From a bacterium (GTDB taxonomy: Bacteria > Babelota > Babeliae > Babelales > JAUWHS01), in contig JBDRFY010000050.1 in assembly GCA_043818275.1 (NCBI GenBank), forward strand, positions 5,387-69,386: DNA of 64,000 nt. The letters run 5' to 3'. The notes beneath the pieces are model-generated. The model made no database searches and was not told the DNA's origin. It was given only the letters and a program-made list of their open reading frames with translations. A program made the translations under genes and the position numbers. Positions 47,389 through 56,549 of this stretch are shown in pieces; the first letter of the stretch is position 1; each line of letters opens with the position of its first letter.

Positions 47389-47462
47389 GGGGTAAGTTGA
47401 TAAATAGCAAAATCTGTCAGGTCCGGAAGGAAGCAGCAGGTGTTACCTTGTCGCTGTACCCC
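47389..47462 (+). ncRNA. ffs: Signal recognition particle RNA (small 4.5S type)
   Basis: It contains GTCAGGTCCGGAAGGAAGCAGC, matching the domain IV core of E. coli 4.5S RNA as I recall it. Closing helix ggggta...tacccc. A T-run follows. The ends are approximate. Confidence 0.8.
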
Positions 47463-47466
47463 TTTT

Positions 47467-47934
47467 TTAATCCAGAGCATCTTCATAATCTTGTAAAATT
47501 TTTTCAATATCTTTTAAATTAAATTCTTGCGCATAATCAATTAAATTTTTTCCATCAGATACAAAACGCGCGCATATAATCATTGAAACTTTTTCACAAG
47601 AATCTAATAACTTTACCAGGGTTTGATTAATTCCCAATGCTGCGCAAACTTCAATTTTTTTAATTTTATCATCATCTTTATAACCACGTAACTTAAATAA
47701 AAATTCTGCAAAACCATCCCAATTAACAAACAATAAATATTTTGGTTCTTCTTGTCTTAAAATTTGAGATAACTCAAAAAGATCTCTCACTGTTTTGCAA
47801 GCTTCTAATCTTTCATTAACAACATATAAAAATTCCTTTGACATTTTTTTATTTTCTTCTTTTCCTGCAAAAGTAAAATCATTTGAAAAATTTAATAAAA
47901 AAATTATCGTTAAAAAAATATTAGTAAATTTCAC
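47467..47934 (-). CDS. Secreted hypothetical protein
   Basis: GTG start after AAGGGGGA. Signal peptide MKFTNIFLTIIFLLNFSNDFTFA. No recognisable motif. Confidence 0.6.
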   Translation of the reverse strand: MKFTNIFLTIIFLLNFSNDFTFAGKEENKKMSKEFLYVVNERLEACKTVRDLFELSQILRQEEPKYLLFVNWDGFAEFLFKLRGYKDDDKIKKIEVCAALGINQTLVKLLDSCEKVSMIICARFVSDGKNLIDYAQEFNLKDIEKILQDYEDALD

Positions 47935-48033
47935 AGTTCCCCCTTTTTAAAAAATAAGCAACCTTTATATTTATTGTTAAAATGATATCCTATAAAACTA
48001 AATTGAATTTTAAACTTATAAAAAAATTAAAAG

Positions 48034-48645
48034 ATGAACACAAACAATTCAAATTTAAATCTTGCGCGAAAATGGCGGCCAAAAACATTCAATGAAATTG
48101 TTGGCCAAAATATTCCTATAAAAACATTACTAAATGGTCTTTACTTAAAAAAGTTTTTTCCTGTGTACCTTTTTGCCGGACAGAGGGGATGTGGAAAAAC
48201 TTCATCTGCAAGAATATTTGCTGCGGCTATCAATTGTCAAAACTTAAAAAAATTTCAGGAAGATCCAAAAGAAAAAATCCCGTGCCTGGAATGCGAATCT
48301 TGCCAACCAATGCTGAAAAATAACCATCCCGATTTTATTGAAATTGATGCGGCTTCACATACCGGAGTTGATAATGTCAGACAAATTTTGGAAAACAGTT
48401 CTTATATGCCGCTTGCCGGAAATAAAAAAATATACCTAATTGATGAAGCACATATGTTAAGCAAAGCAGCTTTTAATGCTTTTCTAAAAGTTCTGGAAGA
48501 ACCACCAAGTACAGTGTTATTTATTTTGGCAACAACAGAGATTCATAAAATTCCAGAAACTGTTCTTTCAAGATGCTTTCAGGTTATATTTCGCCCAATA
48601 AATTCTGACGACTTAAAAAAACATTTAATTAATTTAAGTAAGTAG
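48034..48645 (+). CDS. dnaX: DNA polymerase III gamma/tau subunit, N-terminal AAA+ part (reading frame interrupted)
   Basis: RPKTFNEIVGQ, GQRGCGKTSSARIFA, zinc module CLECESC, Walker B YLIDEAHML, SRC motif. A TAG stop occurs at 48643..48645, inside domain II. Confidence 0.85.
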   Translation: MNTNNSNLNLARKWRPKTFNEIVGQNIPIKTLLNGLYLKKFFPVYLFAGQRGCGKTSSARIFAAAINCQNLKKFQEDPKEKIPCLECESCQPMLKNNHPDFIEIDAASHTGVDNVRQILENSSYMPLAGNKKIYLIDEAHMLSKAAFNAFLKVLEEPPSTVLFILATTEIHKIPETVLSRCFQVIFRPINSDDLKKHLINLSK

Positions 48646-49742
48646 AAGAAATTTTAATTGATGAACCGGCTATAAATATAATTATCGAAGAGACAGAAGG
48701 TTCTGCTCGAGATGCAATAAATTTACTTGAAAGAGTTCGATTTTCTTCACAAGAAATAACTGAAGAAACAATTTTAAGTGTTTTGGGTAAAATTAGTGAA
48801 AAGGTTCTTCTGGATATTTTTGAAAGCTTAATTGATCAAAATGTTCCTCAACTTTTAAAACAACTTGTCAATATCAACTTTCAAAGTCTGAATCCACAAA
48901 TTTTTTGGAATTCATTAATTCAAACGTGCAGAAATCTGATGTGGGTAAAATACGAAACTGATATAAAAAATAGAAACTTTGAAAAATTAAAAAAAGCAAC
49001 TGAAAAATGTAGCATCAACAGAATACATGCAATATTTCAGTTGCTTTGGAATCAGGAACCAATTTTTTTACAAACATCGCAAAAACATATTTTTCTTGAA
49101 TCAGTTTTAATCCAAATTTGTGAGCAAACAAAAATTGAAGATTTAACCGAGTTAATTGAAAACTGCAAAAACCAAAATATTAATTCTGATACCCCACCAA
49201 TTCAACATTCACCAAAATATATTCAAAAAAATCCAGTCAACACACAACAAGAACAAGGAACAAACTCTTTTGCGTCAACAACAAATAATTCAGACAATCA
49301 TCTATGGAATCAATTTTTAGAAAAAATAAACAATTTATCTGATCACATGATTTCTTCAATTCTAAAACAAGCCACATTTATTAAAGAAAACAAAGAAAAT
49401 AAGGTTATTTCTATAGGCTTGCATAATGACAACCAGTTTTTAAGAGACCAAATAGAAGAAAGTAAGCCTTCATGGATAACATTTCTACAAGAAACATTTC
49501 CCGAAATAAATGGCTTTGAATTTGAAAAAGTGGAAAAAAAAGAAACTTCAGCTCCAGCACCACAATCAAATATAAAACAAACACAGAACGACCCTCAAAA
49601 CACTAGAAACTATCCATCTCAAAGCTATAATCCGCAAAACCATACTCCACAAACCATCATTGATATATCCGATAAAGAAAAGTGGCCAAAGGCTAACTTG
49701 ATAATCCAACACTTTCCCGGTAAAATAAAGCTATCAAAATAG
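48642..49742 (+). CDS. dnaX: DNA polymerase III gamma/tau subunit, remainder in the -1 frame
   Basis: Frame 3 is open from 48642: VEEILIDEPAINIIIEETEGSARDAINLLERV. This is the conserved sensor-2 region, and it lies upstream of the first possible start codon at 48783. The C-terminus is Q/N/P-rich. Confidence 0.8.
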   Translation, partial: VEEILIDEPAINIIIEETEGSARDAINLLERVRFSSQEITEETILSVLGKISEKVLLDIFESLIDQNVPQLLKQLVNINFQSLNPQIFWNSLIQTCRNLMWVKYETDIKNRNFEKLKKATEKCSINRIHAIFQLLWNQEPIFLQTSQKHIFLESVLIQICEQTKIEDLTELIENCKNQNINSDTPPIQHSPKYIQKNPVNTQQEQGTNSFASTTNNSDNHLWNQFLEKINNLSDHMISSILKQATFIKENKENKVISIGLHNDNQFLRDQIEESKPSWITFLQETFPEINGFEFEKVEKKETSAPAPQSNIKQTQNDPQNTRNYPSQSYNPQNHTPQTIIDISDKEKWPKANLIIQHFPGKIKLSK

Positions 49743-49795
49743 CTGCTTATTGGGGATCATTATAATCCAAGTACATTTCATCAAAATTTTTTAAA

Positions 49796-51133
49796 GTGAA
49801 AAAAATGAAAAAAATAAAAAAATATCCAAAGGTTTTACTCGTTGGTCGGACCAATGTTGGTAAATCAACACTTTTTAATCGTTTGACAGAAAAAACAAAA
49901 AGTATTGTTTTAGACACTGAAGGTGTGACTCGCGATTACATTCATGAAGTTATCGAATGGGATAAAAAATCATTTGATCTGGTTGATACCGGTGGTGTTA
50001 GTCTGCAAAAAACAACTGATCCTATTTTAAGCAAAATTCAGGAAAAGGTTTTTGATTTATTTAAAAAAGCATCAGTTATCGTTTTTTTATGTGATGTAAA
50101 ACATGGAGCAACAGAACAAGATAAAAAAATCGCAAAACTTTTGCACAAAAATAATAGACCTACAATTCTGGCTGTTAATAAAATTGACAATAAAACCGCA
50201 TATGAAGAAAATTTTTCAGAATTTTACAGCTTGGGATTTAAAAATATCATTGAAATTTCAGCAACACATGGAATTGGAACTTCAGACCTTCTTGACGAAA
50301 TAGTTAAAGAAATTCCTGAGTGTTTAGAAGAGGGAGAAGAAGAAAAACCGGTATACCGCGTAGCAATAATTGGAAAACCAAATGTTGGTAAATCTTGTTT
50401 AATGAATCTTTTAATGCAACAAGAACGCTCCATTGTTTCTGATATAGCAGGAACTACCAGAGAAGCCATTTCTGAATTAACTTATACAAGTGAAAATTTA
50501 ATTCGGTTAACAGATACACCTGGTATTAGAAGAAAAGGCAGGGTTGAAGAAACAATAGAAACTTTAATGGTAAAAAGTTCGTTGGAAACAATCAGAACAT
50601 CAGACATTGTAATTCTTGTAATTGATGCAAGCAGCCTTATATTGTCACACCAGGAATTAAAACTTCTTGATTATTCTTATCAGGAAAAAAAATCAATAAT
50701 CTTAGTTTTAAATAAAATGGATCTTCTTAATGAAGACGATAAAAAAATGTTAAAACACAACCTGTCTGAATATGATTTTCTTTTAAAGAAAATTCCCACA
50801 ATTATGGTTTCATGCCAAACTAAAAAAAATGTTCATAAAATTTATAAAGAATTAGAAGAATCCTGGGTCAGAAGAATTCAAAAATTTGACAACATACAAC
50901 TCGATGAAATCATAAAAGAAAACTTACTGGGAAAACCTCTTTATCACAAAGGAATACAGCTTAAACTTTTCAAAATCAGACAAATTAAAGATGCAAGAGT
51001 TCCAACATTTCAAATTTTTGTAAACTATCCTGATTGGTTTGAAGAAAGCCAATTAGGGTTTTTAGAAAATATCCTTAGAAGAAATTTTAATCTTAAGGGA
51101 TGTCCTGTCGTTTTTGTAAAAAAAGAAGTTTAA
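49796..51133 (+). CDS. der: Ribosome-associated GTPase Der (EngA)
   Basis: Two G domains (GRTNVGKSTLFNRL...DTGG; GKPNVGKSCLMNLL...DTPG) and a KH-like C-terminus. The start may be the ATG at 49805. Confidence 0.9.
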   Translation: MKKMKKIKKYPKVLLVGRTNVGKSTLFNRLTEKTKSIVLDTEGVTRDYIHEVIEWDKKSFDLVDTGGVSLQKTTDPILSKIQEKVFDLFKKASVIVFLCDVKHGATEQDKKIAKLLHKNNRPTILAVNKIDNKTAYEENFSEFYSLGFKNIIEISATHGIGTSDLLDEIVKEIPECLEEGEEEKPVYRVAIIGKPNVGKSCLMNLLMQQERSIVSDIAGTTREAISELTYTSENLIRLTDTPGIRRKGRVEETIETLMVKSSLETIRTSDIVILVIDASSLILSHQELKLLDYSYQEKKSIILVLNKMDLLNEDDKKMLKHNLSEYDFLLKKIPTIMVSCQTKKNVHKIYKELEESWVRRIQKFDNIQLDEIIKENLLGKPLYHKGIQLKLFKIRQIKDARVPTFQIFVNYPDWFEESQLGFLENILRRNFNLKGCPVVFVKKEV

Positions 51134-51135
51134 AC

Positions 51136-51918
51136 ATGGAATTTTTGCGGATTCTAAACTTAAATCAAACACTGTCAAACAAAAAAATATTAAATGATAT
51201 TTCTTTAAATGCTGACTTAGGAAACATCGTAGCTCTTTTAGGACCAAATGGCGCTGGAAAAACAACTTTATTAAGAACAACAATTGGCTTGCTTAAAAGT
51301 CCCAAACATGATGAAGCAAATAAGAAAAATTTAATTTTTCTAGATAATGAAATTATTAATAAATGGCCAATTTACAAACGAATTGACAAGGGATTAGTTT
51401 ATTTACCTCAGCATTGCTCTCTATTTTCCCAAATGACTGTTTTAGATAATTTAAAATTAATTTATAAATACCATAATTACTGGAAACCTTTTAAAAAAGA
51501 AAAATTCAGAGAAAATATGCTTTTTTGGCTTGAAAAAACACAAATGGAGCACTCTTTAAAACAACTGGCCGGGAATCTTTCTGGTGGGCAAAAAAGAAAA
51601 TTGGAAGTTATACGATCAATTTTAATGCATCCGAAAATGATTTTACTTGACGAACCATTTGCCGGAGTTGATCCAAAATCAATTTATGAATTAAAAAAAA
51701 TCTTTCAAAATATGGCTCAAGATAAAATCGCTGTTTTAATTTCTGATCATAACGTTGATCAACTTTTATCAATCGCTGATAAAATTTATGTAATAATTAA
51801 TGGCGAAGTAATAACATCAGGAGACATTAAAGAAATAATGGAAAACGATTACACCAAAGAAATGTATTTCGGTAGACAATTTTATTCAGAAATGAGTCAA
51901 CGTTTTTTAAAACAATAA
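51136..51918 (+). CDS. lptB: LPS export ABC transporter ATP-binding protein LptB-like
   Basis: The ATG at 51136 lies just after the der stop. LLGPNGAGKTT, LSGGQKRKLEVIRSIL, LLDEPFAGVDP. Confidence 0.8.
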   Translation: MEFLRILNLNQTLSNKKILNDISLNADLGNIVALLGPNGAGKTTLLRTTIGLLKSPKHDEANKKNLIFLDNEIINKWPIYKRIDKGLVYLPQHCSLFSQMTVLDNLKLIYKYHNYWKPFKKEKFRENMLFWLEKTQMEHSLKQLAGNLSGGQKRKLEVIRSILMHPKMILLDEPFAGVDPKSIYELKKIFQNMAQDKIAVLISDHNVDQLLSIADKIYVIINGEVITSGDIKEIMENDYTKEMYFGRQFYSEMSQRFLKQ

Positions 51919-51993
51919 ATTTATCTTGCCATAAAAAAATAAATTTAGTATCGATATAAGAACGGTTTTAAAACTCTTAAAAAAAGGATCTTG

Positions 51994-52362
51994 ATGAATA
52001 GAAAAATAACATTTCAAAACATGGACCATTCGATACCAATTGAACAACATGTAAATGCACGATTAGACAAAATTAGTGAATTATTAAAAAACGTAGATAA
52101 CATAACACCCTATTTTCAGGAAATTTTTTTAAAAGCAAATAAGCAACATCCACACCATCGGGCAGAATTAAATGTAAAAACCCCTCTATTTGATCTGCAT
52201 ACCCATGATGAAAACCCTAAAATGTACGTTGCTATTGATAACGCAATTGACAAAATGATCGGACTAATAAAAAAAGAAAAAGCAAAAATCAGAGATAAAA
52301 ATAAAAAAGTTGAAAACGAAAAAGCTGAATTTGCTTCAGATAAATATACGCTGGAAGATTAA
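51994..52362 (+). CDS. hpf: Ribosome hibernation-promoting factor (short HPF/RaiA type)
   Basis: ITFQNMDHSIPIEQHVNARLDKISELL and the overall sigma-54-modulation-protein pattern. Length is about 122 aa. Confidence 0.75.
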   Translation: MNRKITFQNMDHSIPIEQHVNARLDKISELLKNVDNITPYFQEIFLKANKQHPHHRAELNVKTPLFDLHTHDENPKMYVAIDNAIDKMIGLIKKEKAKIRDKNKKVENEKAEFASDKYTLED

Positions 52363-52378
52363 AGATCAAACTAAAACA

Positions 52379-52397
52379 AGCCGGAATTTTTCCGGCT
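52379..52397. terminator. Hairpin terminator between the convergent genes
   Basis: agccgga atttt tccggct, followed by attttattt. Confidence 0.6.
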
Positions 52398-52400
52398 ATT

Positions 52401-52883
52401 TTATTTGCTTAATTTAACCGATTCTATCGTGCGCACTGTCCCTTTTAATCCAAATTCATTTAAGGTTAAAAATAAGCCATCTTCATCACCTTTAGTCATA
52501 ATAATATAAATATGATTTTCTTGTAATTGTTTGCATGTAAATCTACCTGCATTTTTTTCATTCAAATAAATATCAAAATAAGATGAATTTTCTGGCAACA
52601 GAAATCCATTTGTAGCTAATTTTATTTCTTCGTCTGCTTTCAATTCATTTTCTTCTTCCACAAAATCCCATCCATTATCTGAAAAATCCAGTTTTTCTTC
52701 CTCGCTTGAATCCTTCTCAAATTTAATCACCGGAATCAAACCTTTTCCAGTTAAATTTCCTAATTCATCTCTAACCTCAATTTCAACTTTTACTTCTTGA
52801 TTTAACAAGAGATGAAATATCTGAATACCCCCAAAACAATTGTTTACAAAAAATAATAAACTTATAAAAAATATTTTTTTCAT
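52401..52883 (-). CDS. Secreted hypothetical protein
   Basis: Signal peptide MKKIFFISLLFFVNNCFG. Acidic middle region. No recognisable motif. Confidence 0.55.
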   Translation of the reverse strand: MKKIFFISLLFFVNNCFGGIQIFHLLLNQEVKVEIEVRDELGNLTGKGLIPVIKFEKDSSEEEKLDFSDNGWDFVEEENELKADEEIKLATNGFLLPENSSYFDIYLNEKNAGRFTCKQLQENHIYIIMTKGDEDGLFLTLNEFGLKGTVRTIESVKLSK

Positions 52884-52899
52884 TTTTAGCTTTCTAAAT

Positions 52900-53783
52900 T
52901 TATAAAAAATTTAAAATTAAAGCTTTCAAAAAAAATGGCAAAACAAAAAAGCCGAAACTTAATCCTAAAATTAATTTAATTAATGATTTACCAGAAAAAT
53001 TCATCAAATAATAACTAGAAACAATTAAAAAACAACAAGCAATAAAAAACAATAAAACTTTGTTTAAATAAATATCTTTCAAATAAAAAACAAATCCCAA
53101 AAAGCTAAAAAACAAAATAAAAAGCATAAACTCTTTTATAAAAGCTTTTCTAGCGGCAAAAAGATCAATCCGTTTAAAAATTCTTGCGCCAACCCAAAAT
53201 AATAAAAAGGCTAAAAGAATCATTAAAAATAAATTTGGCACCGTTTTGGCAAATGAATAAATTTTAGATCGCATCTTTTTAATATTGTCCTTTAATTCTG
53301 TATTTTGATAAAATTCTTTTTTTGCCAACAACAAATTAAAAAGCTTATTTTTAAAAGGAAACTTATTTTCAGCAAATCGTTTTAATTTACTATTTTGAAT
53401 TTTAATTTCCTGAATTAACTTATCTGCCAAGCTAATTGATAATGTTTTTGCAAAAATAGTATTTTTATCTTCATCAAAAATTAAAGTCTGAAAAATAAAA
53501 ATTGTATTGGGATCCAACTTATCTTCTAAAAAATCAAGTTTAAAATTTAGATTAAAAGAACAATTATAAACTTTTTTGTTATTTCTAAATGACTGGATAA
53601 ATAAACTTTCCGGCTCCACCGAAATTTTATGGTTTTTAATTATATTTTCTGTTGCCTCAAGCTCAACCCAAAAAGAAATCTCTTTTTTCTTCTTTATTTC
53701 ATCAAATGAATTTTTTAGCTCAACATTTAAAGCGCCTAAATTAAAATTCAGAACCAAAATAAAAAGAATTTTTAAATACTTCA
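52900..53783 (-). CDS. Hypothetical membrane protein
   Basis: The ORF runs to 53865, but a TTG at 53783 preceded by GGGGAG gives a signal-like N-terminus (KYLKILFILVLNFNLGALN). That start also leaves room for divergent promoters. The C-terminal half has several TM helices. Confidence 0.5.
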
Positions 53784-53877
53784 ATTTTTCTCCCCAAAGG
53801 TGATAGTCTACAAACTCTATCACATTACAACTTAAATTAAATAAAATTAAGCCAAATTTAACCAAAGGAGATTTTTA

Positions 53878-55614
53878 ATGATAAATTCATCATTCAAGTT
53901 TAGAAAATTAATTCTAGGCCTCATTTTGCTCAATTTTGTATCATTGCCTATTTTTGGCAAACCACCCAAATTAACAGTTGTCCTGGTAATAGATCAATTT
54001 GGATATCAGTATATTCAAAAACTACAAAATAACTTTAATTATTCGTTTAACTTTTTATTAAATAATGGAATCATTTATACAAACGCGCATCATCCTCATG
54101 GCGCCCCAACAACTGGAACAGGTCACGCGGCAATCGGAACAGGATGTTATGCAAAGGATCACGGAATAGTTTTAAATTCCTGGGTTACACCCGAAGGTAA
54201 AAAAACTAATTGTTACGATGATGCTTCAAAAGATTCTGCTGTTTTTGGTGAAAATAAACTTTGCGATTATGGAATATCAGCAAAAAGAATGATGGTCGAC
54301 AGCCTTGCTGATCAATTTATTCATGCTTCAAAACCGGATTATCCAAATAAATCGTTTTCATTATCATTCAAGCCACGCTCAGCAATTGGTATGGGTGGAC
54401 ATTTAAGTAAAAACATATGGTTTGATGAAGAAACGGGACTTTTTACTTCGAGCAAGGCATTTTTTGATAAACTTCCTGAATGGGTTAACCGTTTTAACAA
54501 AAAGAAAAACATAAGCAAAATAAAAGAAATTTCATGGAAACTTTGTTATCCAAGAAAAAGCAAATATTACAAATTCAAAAATATTGATATCAATGAAAAA
54601 ACTGATTATAAATTCGCAGGATACAAAAAAAGTCTAATTTCTCCTCCCGGAAAAATGACTCCAAATGACCCTAAAGAATTTGAAAAAAATTCTTATGAAA
54701 GCAATCCATATGAAATATTTCAAAGAACTCCACTTGCGAATGAAACATTACTTGAACTATCAAAAGAATGTTTAAAAAATAATTTCAATACTGAAAAAAA
54801 TGAAACTTTTTTATTGTGGGTTTCTTTATCTCCGCTTGATCCGCTTGGACATATATATGGACCGCAAAGTCTGGAAATAACAGATATGATTTATCACCTG
54901 GACAAACAAATAAAAGATTTTTTTAAATTAGCTCAAAAACTTGCCGGCAAAAAAGAGTTATTTTTTGTTTTAACAGCTGATCACGGATTAGAAGAAATTC
55001 CTGAAATTATGCAAATTGATGGATACAAAAAAGCTGTAAGAATAAATGTTAAAACCTTAATTAAAGAAATGAACGATTTAATTAATAATAAATACGAAAT
55101 CTCAGATTTAGTTTTAGACTTTAGAACATCAATGTTTTATCTCGATCAACAAAAATTTAAAAAATTAAAGAAAGAACAAAGACATGAAATTTTAAACGAT
55201 TTAAAAATCTTTTTAAAAAAACAGAACGGTGTAAAAAATATTTGGACTTACAATGAACTTAAAAATTCAACTTTTGAACCATATCAGCTTGAAAATTTTT
55301 ATAAAATGCAACTTTACCCTGAAAGAAGTGGTCAACTTATTTGTCAACCTCAACCATACTCCGTTTTCACACCTTATCCGACAGGAACTTCTCACCGCTG
55401 CGCGTATAATTTTGATACAAACGTTCCTTTATTTTTGTATCAAAAAGGAAAATATGAAAAAAAATATATAAACGAAAAAGTCTGGGTCCCCCAACTTCCT
55501 GTAACGTTGGCCAGAATTTTGGAAATTGCAAAACCATCAGCTTCTCCATTTGAGCCCCTACCGGGAATAAAATTTGATACGGCAGAAAGTAATTTTTTTC
55601 AATGGATTAATTAA
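53878..55614 (+). CDS. Alkaline-phosphatase-superfamily phosphodiesterase/phosphatase (NPP/PafA-like)
   Basis: AAAGGAG RBS and signal peptide. VVLVIDQFGYQY, HGAPTTGTGHAAIGTGCYAKDHGIVLNSW, LTADHG. Confidence 0.7.
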   Translation: MINSSFKFRKLILGLILLNFVSLPIFGKPPKLTVVLVIDQFGYQYIQKLQNNFNYSFNFLLNNGIIYTNAHHPHGAPTTGTGHAAIGTGCYAKDHGIVLNSWVTPEGKKTNCYDDASKDSAVFGENKLCDYGISAKRMMVDSLADQFIHASKPDYPNKSFSLSFKPRSAIGMGGHLSKNIWFDEETGLFTSSKAFFDKLPEWVNRFNKKKNISKIKEISWKLCYPRKSKYYKFKNIDINEKTDYKFAGYKKSLISPPGKMTPNDPKEFEKNSYESNPYEIFQRTPLANETLLELSKECLKNNFNTEKNETFLLWVSLSPLDPLGHIYGPQSLEITDMIYHLDKQIKDFFKLAQKLAGKKELFFVLTADHGLEEIPEIMQIDGYKKAVRINVKTLIKEMNDLINNKYEISDLVLDFRTSMFYLDQQKFKKLKKEQRHEILNDLKIFLKKQNGVKNIWTYNELKNSTFEPYQLENFYKMQLYPERSGQLICQPQPYSVFTPYPTGTSHRCAYNFDTNVPLFLYQKGKYEKKYINEKVWVPQLPVTLARILEIAKPSASPFEPLPGIKFDTAESNFFQWIN

Positions 55615-56456
55615 ATATTTTTAAATCTTCGATGTTGCCACATCCATTGACCTGGAGAACGTAAAATAGCGTCTTCGAGTATTTTGTTACCTGAAGATGC
55701 TATTTCTATTTCAGGATTTTTAAATTTTTCAAAATCTTGTGGATACAACGGTTTATAAACTTTTAATAAATATTTATTTAAATTTTTAATAAACATAAAA
55801 CCTGAAACTATTGGCGCGCCTGTTTTTAAACTTAATTCTGCAAATGCTTTGTGACTCCAAACATTTTGGTTAAAAAATTTTGTCTGAATTCCCTCCGGTG
55901 GATAACAATGCTGATCTGAAATTAAAACAACATTTCCACCCCTTCGTAAATGTTTATAAACATTAAATAAAGAATTTTTTTTAGAAATTAAAATATTGCC
56001 ACTTCTTTGACGATTATTTTTTACAAAACGTTCAAACCATAAAAAATTTTTTGCTTTAATTGGATTATACAAAACCAAACTTTTTATGCCTTTTAATGCC
56101 AGATAATGCGCGGCCAATTCCCAGTTTCCAAAATGCGCGGTAATAATAATTACACCTTTGCCTTTTTTTTGCGCGTCATAAAAACATTCCATTCCTTCAG
56201 TTGTTATGTATTTATCAATATTTTTTTTGTTATAAAAACGCATAAGCAAAAAATCCGCGGCTGAATGTCCCAAAGACAAATAACTTTTTTTTACAATTTT
56301 ATTATTTTTCTTTTTATCGCTATTTTTCTCTGGAGGGAAACACAAATCAACATTTGCAGCCGCGACTGGTCTTCGTTTTTTTGAAAAATAAAAAAACAGC
56401 GCAGCAACAAATCTAAAAAATAAAATTGTAAATATACGGCAAGTTGCAAATATCAC
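55611..56456 (-). CDS. lpxL: Lipid A biosynthesis late acyltransferase (LpxL/HtrB family)
   Basis: ITAHFGNWELAA (the HxxxxE catalytic motif), N-terminal TM helix, SDQH. Confidence 0.8.
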   Translation of the reverse strand: MIFATCRIFTILFFRFVAALFFYFSKKRRPVAAANVDLCFPPEKNSDKKKNNKIVKKSYLSLGHSAADFLLMRFYNKKNIDKYITTEGMECFYDAQKKGKGVIIITAHFGNWELAAHYLALKGIKSLVLYNPIKAKNFLWFERFVKNNRQRSGNILISKKNSLFNVYKHLRRGGNVVLISDQHCYPPEGIQTKFFNQNVWSHKAFAELSLKTGAPIVSGFMFIKNLNKYLLKVYKPLYPQDFEKFKNPEIEIASSGNKILEDAILRSPGQWMWQHRRFKNI

Positions 56457-56549
56457 ACTTTTCCTCTAGATTAATCGCACGTTATTTGTTAAAAATTTAT
56501 AATCATTTAAAACACCCTAAATTATTAAATGTTTTAAAGGAGAATAAAA

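Noticed and set aside
47292-47507. 71-aa minus-strand ORF
   Set aside because: It overlaps the SRP RNA gene, whose conserved domain IV motif is on the plus strand, and the family C repeats.
48610-48650. E. coli-style programmed -1 frameshift in dnaX
   Set aside because: No X XXY YYZ heptamer or long A-run sits at the only position where the shift could occur (48640..48644). The 0-frame product would be far shorter than a functional gamma. Kept as a finding, but not as classical recoding.
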